From an uncultured Roseateles sp. (GTDB lineage: Bacteria; Pseudomonadota; Gammaproteobacteria; Burkholderiales; Burkholderiaceae_C), in assembly GCA_963422335.1 (NCBI GenBank), contig OY729424.1, forward strand, positions 6,473,974 through 6,537,973: DNA of 64,000 nt, read 5' to 3'. This document shows, piece after piece, positions 38,272-46,900 of this stretch; the first letter of the stretch is position 1; each line of letters opens with the position of its first letter. Made by a program: the position numbers and the translations under genes. The notes beneath the pieces were generated by a model. That model saw nothing but the letters and a program-made list of their open reading frames with translations, did not search any database and was not told the origin of the DNA.

Positions 38272-38612
38272 TTGCCATCATCTTTGAAGTGGAACCCCAT
38301 GCCGACCAATACCAGCACTATCTGGACCTGGCCGCAGAGCTGCGCCCGCTGCTGGAGCAGATCGACGGCTTCATCAGCATCGAGCGCTTCCAGAGCCTGA
38401 GCACGCCGGGCAAGCTGGTGTCGCTGTCCTTCTTCCGCGACGAGGCGGCCGTGCAGGCCTGGCGCAATCTGGAGGCGCACCGCGCCACCCAGGCCCTGGG
38501 CCGGGCCCAGGTGTTTGCCGACTACCGGCTGCGCGTGGCCGAGGTGCAGCGCGACTACGGCCTCAACGACCGCGCCCAGGCGCCGCAGGACAGCCGCGCC
38601 CAGCACGGTTGA
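38268..38612 (+). CDS. Antibiotic-biosynthesis-monooxygenase (ABM/Dabb) domain protein
   Basis: MIAIIFEVEPHADQYQHYLDLAAELRPLLEQIDGFISIERFQSL...LVSLSFFRDEAAVQAWRNLEAHR. Its ATG overlaps the P450 stop (ATGA). Confidence 0.8.
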   Translation: MIAIIFEVEPHADQYQHYLDLAAELRPLLEQIDGFISIERFQSLSTPGKLVSLSFFRDEAAVQAWRNLEAHRATQALGRAQVFADYRLRVAEVQRDYGLNDRAQAPQDSRAQHG

Positions 38613-38618
38613 AATGAC

Positions 38619-39731
38619 TCAGGCGAAGACCAGTGCGGTCGGGTTGCCCACGCCGACGTACTGCCCGCTGAACTGCAGGCCGCCATCGGCGGCAATGGCG
38701 AAACTGGTGAGTTGATCGCTGCGCTGGTTGCAGACGTGGAGCCAGCGTCCGCCGGGATCTATCGTGCAGCTGCGCGGGTAGGAGCCCTGGGCCCAGACCT
38801 CGCCCTGCCAGCACGGCGCGCCATCGGCATCAATTGCAAAGATGGCAATCGAGTCGTGCAGCCGGTTCAGCGCATACAGATGGCGGCCATCGCTGGCGAT
38901 GCGCAGGTCCGATGCGTAGCTGGTGCCTTGGTAGCCGGGCGGCAGGCTGCTCTGCTCGCTGCGAGAGGTCAGCGCACCGCTGTCGGCATCGAAGGCCAGC
39001 CAGCTCAAGGTGGAAGACTCTTCGTTGAGCACGTAGCAATGCCTGGTCTGCAGCGGATGGAAGACCAGATGCCGCGGCCCGGCGCCCGGCGAGCCTTGCC
39101 AGCGCTGCGGCCCGCTCAGCTGGCCGCCGGCAGCATCAAAGCGCCAGGCGACGATGCAGTCCAGCCCCAGGTCGGTGACCAGCACGAAGTGGCCGCTGGG
39201 GTCGCACTGCGCCATGTGGGCGTGCGGTGCATCATGGCCGCTGTCGGCATGGCTGCCGACGGGCCCCTGCGCGGCTGTTGTGGGCCCCAGCCTGGCGCCC
39301 GTCTCCGTTCCATTGCGGGTGCACAGCACATCGCCGAGGCGGCCATCGGCGGCCAGGCCGACGACGGTCACCGTGGCCGAGTCGTAGTGCGCCACGAAGG
39401 CATGGCGAGCGCCGGGATGCAGGCTCATGTGCACCGGCCGGATGCCGCCGGACGGCACCGTGTTGAGCGGGCTCAGCGCACCGCTGCCCGCTTCGATGCG
39501 GTAGGCGCTGAGCGAGCCGCCCGGGCCCTCGTCATCGGCATGCTCGTTGACGGCATACAGCGTGCGGCCATCGGCGGACACGCTGAGCCAGCTGGGGTTG
39601 TGGCGATGCAGGCTGACGCCCGCGGCCTGCAGCCGACCGCTGTGCTCGTCGTGCGTGAAGGCGTGAATGCCCTGGCTCAACGGACCGAAGACGCCCACAA
39701 AAGCGTGGCGGGAATAAAAGGGAATGGGCAT
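38619..39731 (-). CDS. 7-bladed beta-propeller lactonase (6-phosphogluconolactonase / YbhE-like family)
   Basis: Internal ATG 39731 (MPIPFYSRHAFVGVFGPLSQGIHAF...). Recurrent blade motifs include SVSADGRTLYAVNE, DPSGHFVLVTDLG, HCYVLNEESSTLS, ASDGRHLYALNR and DPGGRWLHVCNQ. Confidence 0.75.
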   Translation of the reverse strand: MPIPFYSRHAFVGVFGPLSQGIHAFTHDEHSGRLQAAGVSLHRHNPSWLSVSADGRTLYAVNEHADDEGPGGSLSAYRIEAGSGALSPLNTVPSGGIRPVHMSLHPGARHAFVAHYDSATVTVVGLAADGRLGDVLCTRNGTETGARLGPTTAAQGPVGSHADSGHDAPHAHMAQCDPSGHFVLVTDLGLDCIVAWRFDAAGGQLSGPQRWQGSPGAGPRHLVFHPLQTRHCYVLNEESSTLSWLAFDADSGALTSRSEQSSLPPGYQGTSYASDLRIASDGRHLYALNRLHDSIAIFAIDADGAPCWQGEVWAQGSYPRSCTIDPGGRWLHVCNQRSDQLTSFAIAADGGLQFSGQYVGVGNPTALVFA

Positions 39732-39791
39732 AAGCGGCAATTCGTGTGAGAGCGTTGCGTACGGGCGGGATGCAGTATCCCAAAGCAGCAA

Positions 39792-39813
39792 GCCCCCGGC
39801 TTGCACCGGGGGC
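39792..39813 (-). terminator. Intrinsic terminator candidate after the TonB-dependent receptor gene
   Basis: The minus-strand RNA reads GCCCCCGG-UGCAAG-CCGGGGGC, an 8-bp GC stem, followed by UUGCUGCUUUG. It lies 33 nt past the stop at 39846. Confidence 0.55.
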
Positions 39814-39845
39814 CCGTCAAAGCATCAGGGAACGCTCTGATCGCC

Positions 39846-42581
39846 TCAGTACTTGATGCGTGCCGTCAGGTAGAACTGGCGGCCATTGCGATAGATCGAA
39901 CGCGGCTGGTCGTCGTTCAGCGCGTAGTACTTCAGCTTCGGATCATTCAGGTTCTGACCATCCAGGCTGAACGCAATCTTGTCGTTCAGCTTGAAGCCCA
40001 GCGAGGCCGACAGCACGCCGCCCGCCGCCTGGTTGAAGTCATAGCCGCGGTCCTGGCCGACATACAGCGACGAGCGATGGCTGTAGTTGGCACGCAGGCT
40101 CCACTGGTCGTTCTCGAAGAAACCGCCCACGGTGAAGGTGTTCTTCGAGGCACCGCGCAGCGCGTGGCCGTCCGAGTCGGCCGCATCGGTGTAGGTGTAG
40201 TTCGCGCTGACGCCGAAGTTGCCCGCCACCGGCATTTCACCGGCCAGCTCGAAGCCCTTGACCTTGGCCTTTTTGTTGACCGGCGTGCTCAGCAGGTAGT
40301 TGGCCATCACCGTCTGGCCGTTGAACTCGGTCAGGTATTGGGCCTGCGACGTGCCAGCCGTGATGTAGCTGCCTATGTCCATGTAGAACAGACCCGCCGA
40401 GGCGAAGGAGCGCGGGGCGAAGTACCACTCCAGATTGGCATCGAAGTTGGTCGAACGCACCGGATCCAGATACGGGTTGCCGCCGGCGCCGCCACCCGTG
40501 CCCGTCGGCGTGCCCGGCTTGACCAGTGACACCGAGCCGGCCAGCGAGGTGTAGTCCGGCCGCGTCATCGTCTTGGCCACCGAGAAGCGGGCGATCAGGT
40601 CTTTTTGCAGATCCAGCTTCAGGCTGGCGCTGGGCAGCACATCGGTGTAGCTGCGCGAGATAGCGGTCGGCAGGTAGGCACCGAAGGCCGAGTTGTTGAT
40701 GGCGCCCTGCGTGGTCGGTGTCGCACCAAGGGCGAAGTCGGCCACCGACTTGGTGCGCACCGCACGCAGGCCGATCACGCTGGACCAGCCCGACCCTTCG
40801 AGCTGGCCCTGCACATAGGCGGCATCGGTGGTCTCGGCCACGCCATAGTCCTTGGCCCAGTCATGGCGCAGCGGCAATGCCCGGCGGGCGTACTTGGCCG
40901 CCAATTCGGCCAGCTGGGCCGGCGTGAAGTAGGCAATGTCGGTCGGGAAGCCGCCGCCCAGGCCGGAGCCGAAGTTGCCCGGGTAGAGCTGGCCCTGGGC
41001 CGGGATATTGCCCGGTGTGGCCGGCGAGAGTGCCGCCGGGCAGCTGGCGTTGAAGTTGCTGCCGTCCGCGCACTGCGGGCCCTGGCCAACGATCTGGCCG
41101 GTGCGGCGGTCATGCTTGGCATGGCGCACACCGAACTTGATGCCGGAGAAGATGCCACCCTCGAAAGCGTATTCGCCATCCAGATGCAGCCAGTCTTCCT
41201 TGTCGCTGACGATCAGGTTCTGCTCGCCCCAGATCCAGCCGAACTGCCAGCCGTCGCTCTTGCTGGGGTCGCGACCCACATTGAACGACGGGGCACTGTT
41301 GATGCCGTTGAGGCGCCAGGCACCACCGCTACCCACCGAGTCCAGCTGCAGCACATCCTGGGCCAGGGTCTCGCCCCGGCCCTTGGAGGTGCCGGCCTTG
41401 GTGCTCAGGGTCAGCGCGCTGTTGACCTGCCAGCGGCCGTCCAGATTGACGAAGTTGGCGGTAGCGCGCGAGTCGGGGCGCGAGATCGGGTCGATCTCGC
41501 CGTAGGTGCGGCCCGCGGTCGGGGCGAACCTGGCCTCCACCAGGGTCTTCACGCCATTCGTTTCGCTGATCACATAACCGGGCAGCGGTGCCTGGCCCTC
41601 ACCCTTTTCAAGGATCTTGTTGGGCATCAGCAGGTAGTTGTTGTTGTAGTTCTTCGCCTTCAACTCCGAACTGAAGGCCGACAGGCCCAGATCGATGTCG
41701 TTGCTGGGCTTGAGCTGCAGCTCGACCAGGCCGCCGGTGCGCTTGCGCTCCTGCTGGAACAGCACCGAGCCGATCGAGATCGGGTACAGCACGCCGGCCA
41801 GCTTGGGGTCGGCCAGGGCGATCTTGCTGCCCGGGGCGATCTTTTCGTAGCTGAGCGTTTCCACGCCGTCGCGGCGCAGATGGCGCTCTTCGCTGAACAC
41901 CTGGGCCAGCACGCCAAAGGTCTTGGCCTCGTTCTTGAAGGCGAACAGGCCGTTCAGCTGCGGATCGGACTTCTTGGCCAGCTGCGAGTTGACCAGGCCC
42001 ACCGAGGCCTCGGCCGTCAGCGCCTGGCTGAAGGCCAGCGGGCGGCGGGTGATGATGTCGACCGAGCCGGTCGTGCCACCCTCCACCAGCGAGGCCTCGG
42101 GGCTCTTGCGCACCACCACCCGGCTGACCAGGGACGAGGGCAGCAGCGAAAAGCTGACGCTGCGGCCGACATTGCCGAACTGGCTCAGCACAAACCAGTC
42201 GCCGCTGGCCACGCCGTGGCCGTTGATCAGGGTCTGCGTCAGGCTCGGGTCGGTGCCGCGCAGGCCGATGCGGTCACTCTCGTCGAAGCCGCCCTCGCCC
42301 GACACCGCATTGCTGACCACCACACCCGGAATGCGGGCCAGCGAGTCGGCCACGTTCTTGTCGGGCATCTTGCCGATGTCTTCAGCGCTGATCACGTCCA
42401 CATGGGCGTCGGCATTGCGCTTGACGTTGATCGACTTCTCCTGCGAGGCGCGGATGCCGGTCACGATCACCGTCTCCAGCGCCTCGGCGGCCTTGGCCGT
42501 TTGTGCCTGGGCGGTGCTGCACAGGGCCAGCAGGGCGGCGGCGGCCACCGGCGTGAAGCGGATTTTTTCTCTTGATGTCAT
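39846..42581 (-). CDS. TonB-dependent receptor (carbohydrate-type subfamily)
   Basis: Track ORF 39846..42728; I use ATG 42581 (MTSREKIRFTPVAAAALLALCSTAQAQ). Plug: ETVIVTGIRASQEKSINVKRNADAHVDVISAEDIGKMPDKNVADSLARIPGV. The barrel ends ...FYLTARIKY. Confidence 0.85.
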   Translation of the reverse strand: MTSREKIRFTPVAAAALLALCSTAQAQTAKAAEALETVIVTGIRASQEKSINVKRNADAHVDVISAEDIGKMPDKNVADSLARIPGVVVSNAVSGEGGFDESDRIGLRGTDPSLTQTLINGHGVASGDWFVLSQFGNVGRSVSFSLLPSSLVSRVVVRKSPEASLVEGGTTGSVDIITRRPLAFSQALTAEASVGLVNSQLAKKSDPQLNGLFAFKNEAKTFGVLAQVFSEERHLRRDGVETLSYEKIAPGSKIALADPKLAGVLYPISIGSVLFQQERKRTGGLVELQLKPSNDIDLGLSAFSSELKAKNYNNNYLLMPNKILEKGEGQAPLPGYVISETNGVKTLVEARFAPTAGRTYGEIDPISRPDSRATANFVNLDGRWQVNSALTLSTKAGTSKGRGETLAQDVLQLDSVGSGGAWRLNGINSAPSFNVGRDPSKSDGWQFGWIWGEQNLIVSDKEDWLHLDGEYAFEGGIFSGIKFGVRHAKHDRRTGQIVGQGPQCADGSNFNASCPAALSPATPGNIPAQGQLYPGNFGSGLGGGFPTDIAYFTPAQLAELAAKYARRALPLRHDWAKDYGVAETTDAAYVQGQLEGSGWSSVIGLRAVRTKSVADFALGATPTTQGAINNSAFGAYLPTAISRSYTDVLPSASLKLDLQKDLIARFSVAKTMTRPDYTSLAGSVSLVKPGTPTGTGGGAGGNPYLDPVRSTNFDANLEWYFAPRSFASAGLFYMDIGSYITAGTSQAQYLTEFNGQTVMANYLLSTPVNKKAKVKGFELAGEMPVAGNFGVSANYTYTDAADSDGHALRGASKNTFTVGGFFENDQWSLRANYSHRSSLYVGQDRGYDFNQAAGGVLSASLGFKLNDKIAFSLDGQNLNDPKLKYYALNDDQPRSIYRNGRQFYLTARIKY

Positions 42582-42752
42582 GTTGTCCCCAATAGATCGG
42601 CGGTAGGTACACAGCGCCACCCCGCTCCCGGCACTGGGGCAAAAGCGTTCGCTGCGCAAGCTGTGGCTCACTGCAATTCCGGCTGCCTGGCAACTGGTTT
42701 TGAAGTGGTAGCTAATATCTCGCCTCAATATTCAGAGTTCATAAAGAGCGCC

Positions 42753-42785
42753 TTAATGCCAAGTTAATGTCCTTGACAGTACAGT
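42753..42785 (+). promoter_or_regulatory. Pho-box-like direct repeats + -10 element; apparently leaderless promoter of the OmpR-family regulator
   Basis: TTAATG (42753-58) and TTAATG (42764-69) repeat at an 11-bp period. After a 10-nt gap comes TACAGT (42780-85), then 8 nt to the ATG at 42794. There is no Shine-Dalgarno. The same geometry occurs at 50437-50469. Confidence 0.5.
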
Positions 42786-42793
42786 CCCGAAAA

Positions 42794-43453
42794 ATGAGAG
42801 TTTGCCTAGTAGAAGACGACCTGGTGCTGGGGCGGTCCCTGCAGTCCGCACTGCAGGACGCTGGTAATGAAGTGGTATGGATACGACGCAGCGTCGACGC
42901 CAAACACTGGGTCAGCGAGGAGCCTTTCGACGCCTTGTTGCTTGACCTGGGCCTGCCCGACGGCAACGGCATGGACGTGCTGCGCCAGCTGCGCGCCGAG
43001 GGCAAGCGGGTGCCCATCCTGGTGATCACCGCCCGCGACAGCATCGAGGACCGCCTCAACGGCCTGGACATGGGCGCCGACGACTATGTGCTCAAGCCCT
43101 TCATCACCGCCGAGCTGTTGGCACGGCTGCGCGCCGTGGTGCGGCGCTCGGGCCAGTGGCTGGCCGAGTCCGACGGCTCCAAATGGGTCTGCAAGGATCT
43201 CGTGCTGGACGAGCGCCGCATGGTGCTGACACGGGCCGGCACCCAGGTCGGCCTGTCCAAGACCGAGTTCGCCCTGCTGCACACCTTGATGCGCTATCCC
43301 GACCGGGTGTTGACCCGCCGCGAGCTGGAGGCCCGGGCCCTGCCGCACAGCGACGGCCAGGCGCTGGATGTGCACATCTTCAATCTGCGCAAGAAGATCG
43401 GCGAGGGCTATGTGCGCACCGTGCGCGGTGTCGGTTATGTGGTGGAGACCTGA
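42794..43453 (+). CDS. OmpR/PhoB-family response regulator
   Basis: MRVCLVEDDLVLGRSL...LLLDLGLPDGNG...KPF is the REC domain. The C-terminus is a winged helix (LSKTEFALLHTLM...TVRGVGYVVE). The track start at 42767 is an in-frame upstream ATG inside the repeat element. Confidence 0.85.
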   Translation: MRVCLVEDDLVLGRSLQSALQDAGNEVVWIRRSVDAKHWVSEEPFDALLLDLGLPDGNGMDVLRQLRAEGKRVPILVITARDSIEDRLNGLDMGADDYVLKPFITAELLARLRAVVRRSGQWLAESDGSKWVCKDLVLDERRMVLTRAGTQVGLSKTEFALLHTLMRYPDRVLTRRELEARALPHSDGQALDVHIFNLRKKIGEGYVRTVRGVGYVVET

Positions 43454-44838
43454 TGATGGCCCAGCGTCCCAAGACCCTGCTCGGGCGCATGTGGCTGGGG
43501 CTTGCCGCCACGCTGCTGCTGGTCTGGCTGGGCCTGATCGCCCGCGAGGTCTACGGCGTGCTGGTCGAGCAACGCGGCGGCGCCACGGCGGAGAACAATA
43601 TCTTCGCGCGCGGCAGTCTCTCGCTGGCGGGCCTGCTCAAGGACCGGCCGCAGGAGCTGACGCAGGCCCTGGCCGAGTCGGAGCGGCAGGGTCAGCTGTT
43701 CTGGGACGAGCTGGGCTATGACGCACCGGCCCACCGCCTGGTGGTCAGCATTGACGGCCAGGTCGTCCACGATAGAACGCGGATGAGCCCCGACTCCGTG
43801 ACCCGGCTGCGCAGCGCTCAGCCCCCTACGCCCAGCGACCACGCCCGCTGGCTGTACGCCGATTTCAGCTCGCCGGACGGCGGCGTCCGCGTTCAGCGCT
43901 GGGAGGAGATACCGGGCGGTTGGCACTTCAGCTTCGCCGGCCTGTCCTACTACGCCAAGCCCCTGCTGTTCACGCTGCCGCTGCTGCTGCTGCCGTCGTG
44001 GCTGACCCTGCGCATGGGCCTGCGCCCGCTGCGCAGCATGGGCCACAGCATCGCCAGCCGCCCGGAGACCGACCTCTCGCCGCTGCCGCCCTCGCCCTAT
44101 GCCGAGCTGTCACCGGTGGTGGATGGGGTGAACCGCTTGATGCAGCGCCTGGAGTTGCGACTGAACCGCGAGCGGGAGTTCCTGGTCGATGCCGCCCACG
44201 AGCTGAAGACGCCGCTGGCCATCGTGCAGGTGAATGCCGAGAGTCTGCTCACTGCCCCCAATATCGAGCGCCAGCAGGCCGCACGCGAGCGCCTGCGCGA
44301 GGGCGTGCAGCGACTCAGCCACGTGGTGCATCAGCTGCTGTCGCTGAACCGCTCACAGCGCGAGCTGCAGGCCCCGGACCGCCAGTCTCACGACCTGGTG
44401 GCGCTGACCCGCGACCGCATCGGCCTGCTGCTGGCCCTGGCCAAGCCACGCCAGATCGAGCTGGAGCTGCAGTCGCCCGAGGAGGCCTGGATGTTGATGT
44501 CACGCGAGTGCATGGGCTCGCTGATCGACAACCTGGTGGACAACGCGATCAAGTACACGCCAGCCGGTGGCCAGGTGCTGGTGCGGATTGCCCAAGACGA
44601 TGCCGCGCTGGAGTTCAGCGTCAGCGACAACGGCCCGGGCATTCCACCAGCGCTGCGCCACCAGGTGTTCGAGCGCTTCTACCGCATGCCCGACCAGGAT
44701 CAATCGGGCAGCGGCCTGGGCCTGAGCATCGTCGAGCGCACCGCCGGCCAGTATGGCGGAAGCGTCACCCTGGGCGATGGGCTGGACGGACGGGGGTTGA
44801 GCGCCACCGTGCGCTTCCCACGACCTCAAGCCTGTTGA
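43453..44838 (+). CDS. Sensor histidine kinase (two TM, periplasmic loop, HAMP, HisKA, HATPase)
   Basis: The ATG overlaps the regulator's stop (TGATG). Sequence: MMAQRPKTLLGRMWLGLAATLLLVWLGLIA... H-box: FLVDAAHELKTPLAIV. ATPase: DNGPGIP...GSGLGLSIV. Confidence 0.85.
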   Translation: MMAQRPKTLLGRMWLGLAATLLLVWLGLIAREVYGVLVEQRGGATAENNIFARGSLSLAGLLKDRPQELTQALAESERQGQLFWDELGYDAPAHRLVVSIDGQVVHDRTRMSPDSVTRLRSAQPPTPSDHARWLYADFSSPDGGVRVQRWEEIPGGWHFSFAGLSYYAKPLLFTLPLLLLPSWLTLRMGLRPLRSMGHSIASRPETDLSPLPPSPYAELSPVVDGVNRLMQRLELRLNREREFLVDAAHELKTPLAIVQVNAESLLTAPNIERQQAARERLREGVQRLSHVVHQLLSLNRSQRELQAPDRQSHDLVALTRDRIGLLLALAKPRQIELELQSPEEAWMLMSRECMGSLIDNLVDNAIKYTPAGGQVLVRIAQDDAALEFSVSDNGPGIPPALRHQVFERFYRMPDQDQSGSGLGLSIVERTAGQYGGSVTLGDGLDGRGLSATVRFPRPQAC

Positions 44839-44842
44839 ACCC

Positions 44843-45547
44843 TCAGGGCCTGCGCCGCAATTCGACGCAATAGTCGGCGCTGGCCCCCAGCCAGTGCGTG
44901 TGGCACAGCTCCAGCGCCTGGCCCTGGCTGGCATAGCGCACCTGCTTGACCTGCAGCAGGGCCGTGCCCGGCCCCACGCCCAGCTGCCGCGCCTGCTCCA
45001 TCGAAGCGCAGACGGCGCGCACGCGCTGCAACACGCGGGTGTCGGTCCAGCCCAGGGTCTGGAAGTAAGTGTCCATGTCCACATGCCAGTCCACCGGCTG
45101 CGGCATATAGCGGAGCGGCACGACGCTGGAGACGATGGCCGTCGGCTGGCCGGCCGGACCGCGCAGGCTGGTACAGCGCACCACCTCGGCCTCGGGCGAC
45201 AAGCCCAGGGCCAGCACCTCCTCCGCTGTCGCCCGCCCCAGCTCCCGGCTTTGCCAGCGGGGCCTGGCCGGCTCGCGGGTCAGGGCGGCGGGCGCCGCTG
45301 CCGCGGGATAGGTGCCCGAGCCCCGCACCCGGGTGAGCACGCCACGCGCGCACAGCAGGGCCAGGGCCTTGCGCGCGGTGTCGCGAGACACCGACAGCGC
45401 GTCCGACAGCATGCGCTCCGAGGGCAGCGCGTCATGTGCCGTCCAGCGGCCATGCTGCAGGCCGTCGTGCAGCTTGCTGGCCAGCTGCATGTAGAGCGGC
45501 GTGCGCGCCGACCGCGTCAGTCCCAGCGCCAAGCCTGCCTTGTCCAT
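44843..45547 (-). CDS. GntR-family (HutC/UTRA-type) transcriptional regulator, NagQ-like by context
   Basis: Internal ATG 45547 (MDKAGLALGLTRSARTPLYMQLASKLHDGLQHGRWTAHDALPSERMLSDALSVSRDTARKALALLCARGVLTRVRGSGTY) gives a GntR HTH. The C-terminal portion is a UTRA-like effector domain. Confidence 0.8.
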   Translation of the reverse strand: MDKAGLALGLTRSARTPLYMQLASKLHDGLQHGRWTAHDALPSERMLSDALSVSRDTARKALALLCARGVLTRVRGSGTYPAAAAPAALTREPARPRWQSRELGRATAEEVLALGLSPEAEVVRCTSLRGPAGQPTAIVSSVVPLRYMPQPVDWHVDMDTYFQTLGWTDTRVLQRVRAVCASMEQARQLGVGPGTALLQVKQVRYASQGQALELCHTHWLGASADYCVELRRRP

Positions 45548-45685
45548 CAATCTCTCGCCTCCCGGCCGCGGCCCGGGCTTGTGGCCCGCGGGGTGCCGCG
45601 ACGCATGCTCTGTGTATGCACAGCAATGTGGCACGCAGCAGCTTCAGCAATGGACAAGATTCGCTTAAGAGCGTGTTAAGGGCCC

Positions 45686-46900
45686 TCAGATGCGCAGACG
45701 CACCCCTCGCGCGGCCAGCAGCCGCACCAGCAAGGCCACCACCAGCGCATAGGCCACACCGTACAAGACGCCGGCCAGGCCGGTGCGCAAGGCCGACGGC
45801 AGCTGCCACTGGGCCCAGGCCATCAGCGCACCGGCGATGAAGGGAATCAGATAGGCCACCAGCGGATTCGCCGCCACCGGCGCCAACAGGCCCGGCAGCA
45901 GGGTCCGGCCCTTGAGTTCGATCCAGGCATAGAGCGCGGCAAAGATCAGCACGCAGCTGGCCGCGCTGTAGAGCGCCCAGCTGGGCGTGGCGTAGATCTT
46001 GGAGATCTTGTAGTCGGGCCGCAGCCCGGCGGCCAGCAGGCCCAGCACGACGGCAAAGGCCAGCGCCAGCGCAAAGCGCCCGGCCTCGCTGCGCTGCGCC
46101 GCGGCGTCAAAGAAGATCAGCGCACAGGCGCAGCCGCAGAGCACGATGGCCCCATGGATCGCATGCCCCTCCTGGCCGAACAGCAGGCTCAAGAAGGCGC
46201 TGCCTCTGATCCCGGCCGCCTGGTGAGCCAGGTAGTAGGCGAGGCACAGTGTGATCAGTGCCAGCACACCGGTCAGGCGGCCGCGCACGCACCAGAAACC
46301 CAGGCAGGCGAGCAGGTAGGCCCAGCCGATCAGGCCCAGGATGCCCCACCATTGCGGCGTCAGGCCGCCCTGCCCCTGCGGCCCGCCACGGTAGGCCCAG
46401 GCCAGCAGCAGCAGCAGGCTCACCCCGGCCACGCGCCAGCCCAGACCCAGCGCCGGCCCGCCCCGCAGACTGCCCCAGATCAGGAAGGCCGCCACATAGC
46501 TGAGCAGCGCCCAGGCGGTGATGGGCAGGGCCATGCTGGCGGCATGGAAGCCGTCCTCGGCATTGACCATGAACACGCCTATCACCACCAGCCCCAGCGC
46601 CCGCTGCAGCACATGCAGCTGCACCTGCAGCGGCCCATGGCCCTGGGCCAGGCGCTGCTGCAACGCGAACGGTATCGACATGCCGACGATGAACAGAAAG
46701 GCCGGGAACACGGCATCGACAAAGCTCATCGCATCGGCGTCGGCCGGCATGTGCTGCATCCAGGCCGGCAGGCCGGCCACGCCATGCCATTCGTTGACGA
46801 TGATCATCACCAGCACGGTCAGCGCGCGAAACGCATCGATGGAGACGATGCGGCCGGCGCGTACCGGTGGGCCGAAAGGCGTATTCCCGGAGCGGACCAT
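45686..46900 (-). CDS. Polytopic membrane protein of the DUF1624/DUF5009, heparan-alpha-glucosaminide N-acetyltransferase-like family (NagX-like)
   Basis: Internal ATG 46900 overlaps the upstream receptor's stop (TGATG). Sequence: RIVSIDAFRALTVLVMIIVNEWHGV...FVDAVFPAFLFIVGMSIPFAL. About 11 hydrophobic segments. Confidence 0.75.
   Translation of the reverse strand: MVRSGNTPFGPPVRAGRIVSIDAFRALTVLVMIIVNEWHGVAGLPAWMQHMPADADAMSFVDAVFPAFLFIVGMSIPFALQQRLAQGHGPLQVQLHVLQRALGLVVIGVFMVNAEDGFHAASMALPITAWALLSYVAAFLIWGSLRGGPALGLGWRVAGVSLLLLLAWAYRGGPQGQGGLTPQWWGILGLIGWAYLLACLGFWCVRGRLTGVLALITLCLAYYLAHQAAGIRGSAFLSLLFGQEGHAIHGAIVLCGCACALIFFDAAAQRSEAGRFALALAFAVVLGLLAAGLRPDYKISKIYATPSWALYSAASCVLIFAALYAWIELKGRTLLPGLLAPVAANPLVAYLIPFIAGALMAWAQWQLPSALRTGLAGVLYGVAYALVVALLVRLLAARGVRLRI

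Noticed and set aside
40605-42575. 656-aa plus-strand ORF opposite the second TonB-dependent receptor
   Set aside because: It is a shadow ORF with no motifs.
42773-42778. Perfect TTGACA hexamer just upstream of the first OmpR-family gene
   Set aside because: It lies only 15 nt before the ATG, so a matching -10 would fall inside the ORF. The paralogous locus has TTGCTA at the same place. The conserved repeat/-10 geometry explains the region better.
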